Origin: Okeania sp.
GTDB taxonomy: Bacteria > Cyanobacteriota > Cyanobacteriia > Cyanobacteriales > Microcoleaceae
Assembly (NCBI RefSeq): GCF_035285525.1
Contig: NZ_JAYKGW010000005.1
Coordinates: forward strand, 1 to 32,000
DNA: 32,000 bases
Direction: 5' to 3'
Under the pieces are notes generated by a model. That model was not told where the DNA came from. It saw only the letters and a program-made list of their open reading frames with translations, and ran no database searches. Within the stretch, counting starts at the first letter, position 1; the number at the start of each line of letters is the position of its first letter. Below are positions 24,435 through 32,000 of the stretch, piece after piece. The position numbers were made by a program, and so were the translations under genes.

Positions 24435-27400
24435 ATGGCAATTTTACATAGTTTTTGGCTGACCGAAAATCAACAACCTAGTTCTTTATTTGTTTGGGGA
24501 GAAGCTTGGCAAAAAATCACAGAAGATGATGCTGGTGAAATAGAAAATATTACTAATAATCCTTATGCAATAACTTTGGATGAACTGTTGAAATTATCTG
24601 AGGAAAATACCAATTTCTCTTTGAAAAAGGATAAAAAATCTACAATTAAAACTTTAGCTATTCCTACAAAATTATCAGAATCTAACCAAAAAATATATCC
24701 TATTCATTCTGGCACTAATTTATCAGAAATTTCCGAAAAGTTATATTTTTATCCCTGGCAAATAGAAGGAATTTGTCTAGAACCTCTAGAAGCAATCAAA
24801 TTTTTACAATCTATTCCTTTGGGAAAAACTACTGAATCTTTCATTGGTGGAGATTTAAAGTTTTGGTCTCATGTGGCTCGATGGAGTCTCGATTTATTAG
24901 CAAGATGTAAATTTTTACCTTCTATTGAACAAACATTAAATCAAGAATTTATTGCAACTTGGCAACCTTTACTTGATAGTTCTAAAGACCAAACTAGACT
25001 GAAAAATTTTACTCTACAAATGCCTCTGGTTTGTCGTACATATAACCTTGATTGGCAATCACATCTTTCTCTAGAAAATCTCCAAAATTTACAAATAATT
25101 ACTGAAAATAATTCTGCAAAATTTCCCTTAGTTCAATCTAGTCAAGAAATTATTCAAGATTTCTTAAAAAATATAATAGACACACAAATTCGACAACTAT
25201 CAACCGAAATATCTCTAATAAAAACTACTTCATTACATCCCTCAATTAGACAATGGTTGAAATCCTTATTAGGAAAATCTAGTTTAAAATTACCTGCTAC
25301 CAAAGAAACACAACAAATTAGCAGAATACTTGATAATTGGAAATCTCCTTTACAAGAATTTCAAACTACAGAAAAGAAATTTATTACTTGTTTCCGTCTC
25401 TACTCTCCATCTAATAATTCCCAAAAATGGCAACTCGAATATTGTCTCCAAGCAGTCGATAACCCAGAATTTTTTGTTGATGCGAAAACTATTTGGGAAA
25501 ATCCTGTAGCAAGTTTAAATTATCAAGGAAAAACAATTGAACTTCCTCAAGAAACTCTGCTAAAAGGTTTAGGTTTAGCATCAAGAATTTATCCAATTAT
25601 TGAACCTAGTTTACAAGAAGCAACTCCCCAATATTGTCTACTAACTCCACAACAAGCTTATGAATTTATTAAAAGTGGAAGTTCGCGGTTTACTGACAGT
25701 GGACTGGGGGTAATTTTACCGCCTAGTTTGGCGAACCGAGAAGGATGGGCGTCTCGTTTGGGCCTCAGTATTCAGGCCACTGCTCCAAAAACGAAAAAAA
25801 CTGAAAGACTGGGGTTGAAAAGTCTTCTCAATTTTCAGTGGCAATTATCTATTGGAGGCCAGAAATTAACTAAGGCTGAATTTGACAAATTAGTGGCTAA
25901 GGATAGTCCTTTGGTAGAAGTTAATGGGGAATGGGTGGAACTGCAACCTCAAGATGTCCGAGCAGCACAAAATTTCTTTGCTACTCGTCAAGACCAAATG
26001 GCTTTATCTTTGGAAGATGCTTTACGGTTAGCGACTGGGGATACTCAGACTGTGGAAAAGTTGCCTGTTGTTAATTTTGAAACTGGGGGACAACTTCAGG
26101 AACTTTTGGATACTTTGACTAATAATCGTTCCTTGGAAGAGATTCCTACACCTGAGAATTTTCAGGGCGAACTGCGGGAATATCAAGCACGGGGTGTTAG
26201 TTGGCTAACTTTTCTGGAACGTTGGGGTTTAGGTGCTTGTTTGGCGGATAGCATGGGATTGGGAAAATGCGTATCGCATGATACAGAATTAAATATAAAT
26301 AGTATGGTATTGCAAGCGGAGGAAATTTGGCAAGTTTATGCGGGTGAGGCCGAATTTGATGGGGAAGGGTTTTGGGCAAAACCAAATCGGGAATTATTGG
26401 TAAATTCTCTGGATGAGACAACAGGAAAAATTGTGGTGGCTCCTATTCGGCGGTTATATAGGCAGCAGGTACGAGAAAAGTTACGAAGGGTGAGGTTGAA
26501 AGATAAGAGCAGTATTGTTATTACGAAAAGTCATAAATTATTTATTCGCGATAGTTGGAAAAATGATTTTCAGGTGGGAGATTATGTTTGTGTACCTGCA
26601 AAATTGGTTTGGGATGGGAAAGCACAGGATAAAGATTTAGTCAAATTTCTTGCTTGGCAAATAGCTGAAGGATATGAAGCACCTGATATGAGAGGAGTAG
26701 TTATCTCCCAAAAAAATAAACCACTTTTGGCAGAATTACTAAAGACTCTTGAAAACTTAAGTAAAAGATATGGTATTAAAATAAATCGTCCTGCTATTCG
26801 TCCCTATAGTGATAAAAAAGATTGTTACCAACTTATCATACATAGTGTAGAATATCGGAAATTTTTAGAAGGAAAAGGATATAAGTGGGGGAAGCGATCG
26901 CTTGATAAAACTATTCCTTCATTTATTATGCAAGCTGACTTAGAAAGTATTAGAATTTTTCTCAGGAATTATTTTGATGCGGAAGGTTCGGCAAATAAAA
27001 CTATAGGAAATGTTGAAATTTCTACAGCATCATCTCTACTTATTCAACAATTATCTATCCTACTTAGACGTTTTGGAATTTGGATGACAATATCTCCTAA
27101 ACAAAAACGAGCTACTAATGGTACTGGAATTTTTCGTACTTATTATATTGGTACATTTAGCGGTAACTCAGCACGTCGTTTTTTACAAGAAATAGGATTT
27201 AATCAACTAGAAAAACAAGAAAAACTTAAGTCAATCTGTGATAAAAAAGCTAACTCAAATGTTGAAGGAATCCCTGCTTCGGATATAGTCGCCGAAGTAG
27301 CCAATAAAACTAAACTACCACTGCTACATTTAGGAATACATAGTAAAATTTATATTGACGGTTCCCAAGAATTTTCTCCTGCTAGTTTAGAGAAAGTTAT

Positions 27401-29033
27401 TAACAGTATCGAACATATTATTAGTGGAACTGCGGAAGAAGAATATCGTCAACTTAAACCTTCTAAATGGACGACTAAAACTTTAGAAGCTTATTCTTTA
27501 TTGAATATTTTGGAACTAGAAATTCAGAAAACTCGCCTACAAAAATTACTCAATCAAGAAGTCTATTATTGTCAGATAGAATCTATCGAAGATATAGAAT
27601 ATGAGGGATGGGTTTATGACTTTGAAATAAGTAAACATCATAACTTTGTAGCAAATAATATTCTTTGTCATAACACTATTCAAACTATAGCATTTTTGCT
27701 CAATCAACAAGAAAAAGAAGCACTCGAATCACCCACATTATTAGTTTGCCCTACCTCCGTATTAGGTAACTGGGAAAGAGAAGTAAAAAAATTCGGACCT
27801 ACTTTAAAATTAATAGTTCATCATGGTGATAAACGTGCTAAAGGTAAAGAATTTGCTAAAGCAGTAAAAGACAAACATTTAGTTATAACCAGTTATGCTT
27901 TATTGCATCGAGATGAGAAAATATTACAGACAATAAAATGGCAGTCAGTAATAGTTGATGAAGCGCAAAATATTAAAAATCCAGATGCAAAACAATCTCA
28001 AGCAGTTAGAAAATTAGACGCATCTTTTAGAATGGCTTTAACAGGAACTCCCGTAGAAAATCGTCTTTCAGAACTTTGGTCAATTTTAGATTTTTTGAAT
28101 CCTGGATATTTAGGTCAAAAGCAATTTTTCCAGCGTCGGTTTGCTATTCCTATCGAAAAATATGGAGATACAAATTCATTACAAACTTTGCGTTCTTTAG
28201 TTCAACCTTTCATTTTGCGTCGTCTCAAAACTGACAAAGATATTATTCAAGATTTACCAGAAAAACAAGAAAATACTATCTTTTGCCCTTTAGCAAATGA
28301 ACAAGCAAAACTATATCAAAATATAGTGGAAAATTCTTTAGCAGAAATTGAAGCTGCTGATGGTATTCAACGAAAAGGAAAAATTTTAGCCTTATTAGTA
28401 AAACTGAAACAACTCTGTAATCATCCTGTACTTTTACAAATTAAAAAAGGCAGTAAGAAAAAAGTAGAAATAAGTGATGAAAATTCTGGAAAATTACAAC
28501 GAATAGGAGCAATGTTAGAAGAAATAATGTCTCAAGGAGAACGAGCAATTATCTTTACTCAATTTGCTGAATGGGGAAAAATTTTACAACCTTATTTACA
28601 GAAAATTTTAGGTAGAGAAATATTGTATTTATATGGAGCTACCCGCAAAAATAAAAGAGAAGAAATGGTAGACCAATTTCAATTAGATCCTCAAGGTCCG
28701 CCGATAATGATTTTATCATTAAAAGCTGGAGGAACAGGTTTAAATTTGACTCGTGCAAATCATGTTTTTCACTTTGATAGATGGTGGAATCCGGCAGTAG
28801 AAAATCAGGCAACAGATCGGGTATTTAGAATTGGTCAAACTCGGAATGTTCAGGTACATAAATTTGTTTGTACCGGAACTTTAGAAGAGAAAATACACGA
28901 TATAATTGAAAGTAAAAAAGAGTTGGCAGAGCAAGTTGTTGGTACAGGTGAACAATGGTTAACTGAACTAGATACAGAACAGTTGAGAAATTTATTAATA
29001 TTTGATAGAAATAAAGTAATTGAAGAAGAGTAG
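24435..29033 (+). CDS. SNF2-family helicase/ATPase with an N-terminal bacterial SNF2-associated region, interrupted by an intein
   Basis: 1532-aa ORF. Motif I is split as LADSMGLGK|[intein]|TIQTIAFLL. Motif II is VIVDEAQNIKN and motif III is LTGTPVENRLSELWSILDFLNPG. The helicase-C region reads LSLKAGGTGLNLTRANHVFHFDRWWNPAVENQATDRVFRIGQ. The extein product would be 1063 aa. Confidence 0.95.
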   Translation: MAILHSFWLTENQQPSSLFVWGEAWQKITEDDAGEIENITNNPYAITLDELLKLSEENTNFSLKKDKKSTIKTLAIPTKLSESNQKIYPIHSGTNLSEISEKLYFYPWQIEGICLEPLEAIKFLQSIPLGKTTESFIGGDLKFWSHVARWSLDLLARCKFLPSIEQTLNQEFIATWQPLLDSSKDQTRLKNFTLQMPLVCRTYNLDWQSHLSLENLQNLQIITENNSAKFPLVQSSQEIIQDFLKNIIDTQIRQLSTEISLIKTTSLHPSIRQWLKSLLGKSSLKLPATKETQQISRILDNWKSPLQEFQTTEKKFITCFRLYSPSNNSQKWQLEYCLQAVDNPEFFVDAKTIWENPVASLNYQGKTIELPQETLLKGLGLASRIYPIIEPSLQEATPQYCLLTPQQAYEFIKSGSSRFTDSGLGVILPPSLANREGWASRLGLSIQATAPKTKKTERLGLKSLLNFQWQLSIGGQKLTKAEFDKLVAKDSPLVEVNGEWVELQPQDVRAAQNFFATRQDQMALSLEDALRLATGDTQTVEKLPVVNFETGGQLQELLDTLTNNRSLEEIPTPENFQGELREYQARGVSWLTFLERWGLGACLADSMGLGKCVSHDTELNINSMVLQAEEIWQVYAGEAEFDGEGFWAKPNRELLVNSLDETTGKIVVAPIRRLYRQQVREKLRRVRLKDKSSIVITKSHKLFIRDSWKNDFQVGDYVCVPAKLVWDGKAQDKDLVKFLAWQIAEGYEAPDMRGVVISQKNKPLLAELLKTLENLSKRYGIKINRPAIRPYSDKKDCYQLIIHSVEYRKFLEGKGYKWGKRSLDKTIPSFIMQADLESIRIFLRNYFDAEGSANKTIGNVEISTASSLLIQQLSILLRRFGIWMTISPKQKRATNGTGIFRTYYIGTFSGNSARRFLQEIGFNQLEKQEKLKSICDKKANSNVEGIPASDIVAEVANKTKLPLLHLGIHSKIYIDGSQEFSPASLEKVINSIEHIISGTAEEEYRQLKPSKWTTKTLEAYSLLNILELEIQKTRLQKLLNQEVYYCQIESIEDIEYEGWVYDFEISKHHNFVANNILCHNTIQTIAFLLNQQEKEALESPTLLVCPTSVLGNWEREVKKFGPTLKLIVHHGDKRAKGKEFAKAVKDKHLVITSYALLHRDEKILQTIKWQSVIVDEAQNIKNPDAKQSQAVRKLDASFRMALTGTPVENRLSELWSILDFLNPGYLGQKQFFQRRFAIPIEKYGDTNSLQTLRSLVQPFILRRLKTDKDIIQDLPEKQENTIFCPLANEQAKLYQNIVENSLAEIEAADGIQRKGKILALLVKLKQLCNHPVLLQIKKGSKKKVEISDENSGKLQRIGAMLEEIMSQGERAIIFTQFAEWGKILQPYLQKILGREILYLYGATRKNKREEMVDQFQLDPQGPPIMILSLKAGGTGLNLTRANHVFHFDRWWNPAVENQATDRVFRIGQTRNVQVHKFVCTGTLEEKIHDIIESKKELAEQVVGTGEQWLTELDTEQLRNLLIFDRNKVIEEE
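26268..27674 (+). mobile_element. Full-length class 1 intein (469 aa) with a LAGLIDADG homing-endonuclease domain
   Basis: Starts at Cys612 (CVSHDTEL, block A). Block B is VITKSHKL (TxxH). The two dodecapeptide motifs are FLAWQIAEGY and FLRNYFDAEGS. Block F is GWVYDFEISKHHNFVANN. It ends ILCHN (1080) followed by Thr+1. Removal restores GLGKTIQ. Confidence 0.9.
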
Positions 29034-29056
29034 GGGTTTGGAGACCAAACCCCTAC
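29030..29056. repeat. Perfect 12-bp-stem palindrome of the GTAGGGGTTTGG family, overlapping the SNF2 stop codon
   Basis: gtaggggtttgg-aga-ccaaacccctac. The TAG at 29031-29033 is the stop codon. It may also act as an attenuator or terminator between the SNF2 and SWIM genes. Confidence 0.8.
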
Positions 29057-29088
29057 CAGAAAATATAGCTTTTTAACTAATAACGGAA

Positions 29089-29949
29089 ATGAACTTACAA
29101 AGTGACAAAGAATGGTGGACTCAACAATGGATAGACTTGTTAAATTCTTATCGCTTTAAAAAACGATTAGAAAGAGCCAGAAATTATGCCAGACAAGGTA
29201 ATGTTTTGAGTCTAAAATTTAAAGAACAAAGAATTATTGCTCAAGTTCAAGGAACAGCACCCGAACCATACAAACTATCTTTATGGTTAGATACTTTCTC
29301 TGATGAAGATTGGAATTATATCATTCAAACTTTGTCAGAAAGAGCAATTTTTACTGCCAAATTATTAGCAGGAGAAATGCCTCAAAATATAGAAGAAGTT
29401 TTTGCTGCTAATGGTTTAAGATTATTTCCTTTTACCTTAGAAGAAATTCATTCTCGATGTGATTGCCCAGACAAAGCTAGAGTTTGTAAACATATCGCAG
29501 CAGTATATTATTTATTAGGCGATCGCTTCAGTGACGACCCATTTTTATTATTTCAATTACGGGGTCGTACCCAAGAAAAAATATTAGCAGAACTTCGTCA
29601 AAAACGTGGTCAAAGTGAATATGAAAAAGCCACAGAAACGGAACAAATAAAATCTGAAAAAACTCAAGAACAGCAATCAGTTACTAACTCAATATATGCA
29701 ACTTCAGTTATTCCAGAAAATATAAAACTTGAGCAAATATGGGAATATAATCAACAATTAGATTCTTCCTTAATAGTAATTACACCATCTCCAAGTAATG
29801 AAACAATTTTAGATGTTTTAGGAAAAATTTCTTTAGGTGCATCGACTGATATTGTTATGGATTATTTCCAGAAAATTTATCAAAATATTAGTCAACAAGC
29901 AGTCATAACTGCATTAAAACAGGGAGAAGATGAGGGTGATAATGCATAA
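29089..29949 (+). CDS. SWIM zinc-finger protein
   Basis: 286 aa. CDCPDKARVCKHIAAVYYLL is the SWIM CxCx(n)CxH signature. The gene starts 55 nt downstream of the SNF2 gene on the same strand. Confidence 0.85.
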   Translation: MNLQSDKEWWTQQWIDLLNSYRFKKRLERARNYARQGNVLSLKFKEQRIIAQVQGTAPEPYKLSLWLDTFSDEDWNYIIQTLSERAIFTAKLLAGEMPQNIEEVFAANGLRLFPFTLEEIHSRCDCPDKARVCKHIAAVYYLLGDRFSDDPFLLFQLRGRTQEKILAELRQKRGQSEYEKATETEQIKSEKTQEQQSVTNSIYATSVIPENIKLEQIWEYNQQLDSSLIVITPSPSNETILDVLGKISLGASTDIVMDYFQKIYQNISQQAVITALKQGEDEGDNA

Positions 29950-30084
29950 AGAAAACTAGGGTTATTTCGTGATAATTTTTGACTTTTTCAGCGCCGACAG
30001 ACTATTTATTTGCTTCTATAAGAAACCAGGTTTCTGGGTCTAGTAAAAAACTATATGCTATAGCTAAGGTTTTCGTATAAAAAT

Positions 30085-30250
30085 ATCAAAGTTTTGATAG
30101 GTAAAGGTTGTAGCATTTTCAGGTACTAATAAAGTATCAGCTTTTAGGTGTCTCAAGTTAAATTCAGGAGAGCATTTTGGGCATTTCGAGGGGTAGAAAA
30201 TCACTCTAAAAATTCTTCTGGCTACTTCTTCTATGATTCCTATTCCTCCT
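30085..30250 (-). repeat. Second, inverted copy of the core of the 12231-12592 element
   Basis: The reverse complement shares these blocks with 12300-12450: gaatcata.aaga.gtagccagaagaat, attttctacc.ctcgaaatgcccaaaat, acctaaaag.tg.tactttattagta.ctg and aaaactttgata. It is bounded by the 12-bp direct repeat gactttttcagc (29981-29992 and 30295-30306). Confidence 0.7.
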
Positions 30251-30381
30251 GGATTGCAGGATTGCTGGATTCTGGATCCTCCTCACTACTAAAAGACTTT
30301 TTCAGCAAGCCCTAATTAGAATTACTTAGGGAAATGCTAAGATTTATATAATTTTAATTAATAAGGTAGTGATTTCTTGCA

Positions 30382-31152
30382 ATGTTTTTACAATGCTTTT
30401 TCGGACTTTCCTTCCTAAGTTTTCTGGTATTATCTCCTCCAGTTAATCTCCAGCAACCTACATTAAAAACTCAGGTGAAATTAAATGAGAAATTGCTTGC
30501 AGTAGAATTTCCAACCCCCCCAAGTCGAAAAAGGGCGCCAGCTAGAAAGAGAGCTGGTGGGTCTCGGGGTCCATGTAGTCCTATAATCACAGAAAAATTA
30601 GGAATAGGTTTAACTGCTGTAATGCCAGAAAATAATATAGGTACAACAGTTAGTTCTCACCCAACTGTTTATCTATATGTTCCCAAAACTAATAAACAAA
30701 ACGCAGAATTTGTTCTGTATGATTTGACAAATGAAAACATAGATCCAATATATGAAACTAATATATCTTTGCCCCAATCTGCTGGAATTATCAAAGTAAA
30801 TTTGCCAAAAACTGTTGAGCTACAACCTGACAATACTTATGTTTGGTATTTTGGTATAACTTGCGATCCAGACAAACCTAGCTTAGATTACTATATTCAA
30901 GGATGGTTACAACGTACTTCTTTAACTTCTGAAGTTAAAGTTAAACTACAAAAGCTTGAAGAAAACCCATTAGAAAAAGCTAAACTATATGCTGAATTAT
31001 CGGTCTGGAGTGAAACAATAACTACTTTAGAAAAATCTCGTTCAGCTTATCCTCAGGCTTGGAAAAAACTTTTTCAGTCAATAGGATTAGGAGAAATTGC
31101 AGATAGCCAAATATTTGATTTTTCAGAAGAAATACAGTCTAGTCAAAGATAA
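30382..31152 (+). CDS. DUF928 domain protein (secreted)
   Basis: 256 aa with a signal-like N-terminus. The R/K-rich GGSRGPC segment, LTAVMP...HPTVYLYVP, AEFVLYD, YVWYF..CDP..PS.D.YIQGWLQR and KAKLYAE..VWSETITTL follow the DUF928 pattern common in cyanobacteria. The start codon is uncertain. Confidence 0.7.
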   Translation: MFLQCFFGLSFLSFLVLSPPVNLQQPTLKTQVKLNEKLLAVEFPTPPSRKRAPARKRAGGSRGPCSPIITEKLGIGLTAVMPENNIGTTVSSHPTVYLYVPKTNKQNAEFVLYDLTNENIDPIYETNISLPQSAGIIKVNLPKTVELQPDNTYVWYFGITCDPDKPSLDYYIQGWLQRTSLTSEVKVKLQKLEENPLEKAKLYAELSVWSETITTLEKSRSAYPQAWKKLFQSIGLGEIADSQIFDFSEEIQSSQR

Positions 31153-31364
31153 GAAAAAGAGTTAAATTTTCTGGAAAATTGATGTGAAAAAAACTCGATC
31201 AAGTTAGTAGATTAATTTCAATAATTAGTTAATTAAGCAATTCCTAATCTTTTATATTACCAACATCTACTACATTAAAATATTAGAGCTTTTCTACTTT
31301 TAAAATACTATATTTAGGGTGCATAAATATGTAGGCATTCAGCCGTCAGCTATTGGTTTTGATT

Positions 31365-31473
31365 CTCGTTGTTTTTCACTCTTGATGAACCACCGGAGCC
31401 ATAACCAAAATCCAGTAGGGATTTTGCATAAGGGCGTCCCTACTGTGGTTTGCCGATATCAAAACCGCTGTAT
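31365..31473. mobile_element. MITE-like element, TTACAGCG / GTAGGGACG-hairpin family (degenerate left end)
   Basis: cttgatgaaccaccggagccataaccaaaatccagtaggga...cgtccctactgtggtttgccgatatcaaaaccgctgta. Confidence 0.6.
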
Positions 31474-31615
31474 TATAAGACTTCTATTGCCAACAAATTT
31501 GATAGAATTAGGAATTACACAGAAACCGGGTTTATTAACGAAGTTTTTGGTTGGAGCAACAAGATCGCGGCAATAAACCCGGTTTCTTGGTCGCTTTGCG
31601 TAACTATTGATTTTT

Positions 31616-31726
31616 TTACAGCGCTTTTCACTCTCGATGAACCACATCACCATAACCAAAATCTTGTAGGGACGTTGCATCAGGGCGTCCCTACTGTGGT
31701 TTACTGAAATGAAAATCGCTGTAAAA
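31616..31726. mobile_element. MITE-like element, TTACAGCG / GTAGGGACG-hairpin family (complete)
   Basis: The termini tttacagcgcttttc and gaaaatcgctgtaaa are reverse complements (14 of 15). The central hairpin is gtagggacgttgcatcagggcgtccctac. Confidence 0.75.
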
Positions 31727-31733
31727 CTGTATC

Positions 31734-31931
31734 AGGGCTAAAGCCATCTGAATCCAGAAACCCGGTACGAGGGTAGATTATTACTGCTCAAAACAACGAT
31801 TTATCTTACAGGACTTATGCAAAGGTGCTATATGTAGAGTTAAAAAACTATTGCGCAATAGTTTTAGGCACTATATCTAGGGTCGCTGCGTAAGTCCTGT
31901 CTTAGAAACCGGGTTTCTTTGTGTAAGTCCT
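31734..31931. mobile_element. MITE of the AGGACTTACGCA superfamily (type B/C hybrid core) carrying a nested insertion
   Basis: agggctaaagcc ... ttgtgtaagtcct. The flanking 5-mer TGTAT lies at 31728-31732 and 31933-31937. Confidence 0.75.
31810..31898. mobile_element. Type A MITE nested inside the 31734-31931 element
   Basis: aggacttatgca ... tgcgtaagtcct. The flanking 5-mer TCTTA lies at 31804-31808 and 31900-31904. Confidence 0.8.
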
Positions 31932-32000
31932 ATGTATAATAACTGATAACCATGAAATTAAAATCTTTATTCACACAAATTAGTTTTACATCTGGAATCT

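Noticed and set aside
26197-26421. Antisense ORF across the extein-intein junction.
   Set aside because: It is a shadow ORF opposite a strongly supported coding frame. The same reasoning applies to 591..782, 1840..2046, 2048..2251, 2743..2958, 6369..6710, 10523..10720, 11958..12167, 15151..15411, 15563..15844, 20344..20562, 21819..22076, 22817..23053 and 22905..23090.
24435-29033. The interruption of the SNF2 gene as a heterocyst-type DNA excision element or a group I/II intron.
   Set aside because: The reading frame is continuous through the insert. No recombinase, reverse transcriptase or intron structure is present, and the insert has canonical intein blocks. Removal therefore occurs at the protein level.
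31319-31707. ORFs 31319..31576, 31450..31707 and 31459..31680, plus 17416..17607 and 17507..17722, which share LMNHRSH.QN.VG-like peptides.
   Set aside because: The similarity comes from copies of the same MITE (TTACAGCG / GTAGGGACG hairpin family). The ORFs overlap each other and the inverted termini, so they are not genes.
31952-32000. The start of a plus-strand ORF (MKLKSLFTQISFTSGI) at the right edge.
   Set aside because: Only 16 codons are visible. The ORF is plausible (signal-peptide-like), but that is too short to call as a feature.
1-32000. tRNA, rRNA, tmRNA or RNase P genes.
   Set aside because: I found no cloverleaf-compatible segments with a T-loop GTTCRANNC consensus, and no rRNA-like conserved stretches, when reading the intergenic regions. 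Detection by eye is limited, so a tRNAscan/Infernal run should confirm this.

Overview
This is a chromosomal segment from a filamentous, Nostocales-like cyanobacterium. The assignment is an inference from three things: at least 13 copies of the HIP1 octamer GCGATCGC found by eye, STRR-like heptamer arrays, and the gene content. I call 21 protein-coding genes covering about 21.4 kb (about 67% of the window). They are a CHAT-domain gene 3' end, pirin, a CDGSH Fe-S protein, an HxlR regulator, a VKOR-thioredoxin fusion, a coiled-coil membrane protein, MgtE, a fibrillin-like protein, KDPG aldolase, an L,D-transpeptidase, an Ap4A-phosphorylase-type ATP adenylyltransferase, a stand-alone Hpt protein, PNPase, a beta-helix/Gly-Tyr/FG-GAP protein, a sulfotransferase, a Uma2 endonuclease, two orphan genes around a tnpB relic, an SNF2 helicase, a SWIM protein and DUF928. 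I found no rRNA, tRNA or CRISPR array. The remaining third of the window is intergenic DNA packed with several families of MITE-like and palindromic repeats. The most notable observations are these. (1) A 469-aa LAGLIDADG intein is inserted exactly in the P-loop (GLGK|T) of the SNF2 helicase, which belongs to an uncharacterised SNF2-SWIM gene pair. (2) A chimeric protein carries an extreme Gly/Tyr tract and six near-identical 150-bp tandem repeats; it sits beside a sulfotransferase, and the pair is bracketed by inverted repeat copies. (3) A MITE superfamily with AGGACTTACGCA termini shows verifiable 5-bp target-site duplications and one nested insertion. (4) A tnpB relic lies in a small orphan-gene island. 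All analysis was done by eye, and the homology statements rest on recognised motifs, not on searches.
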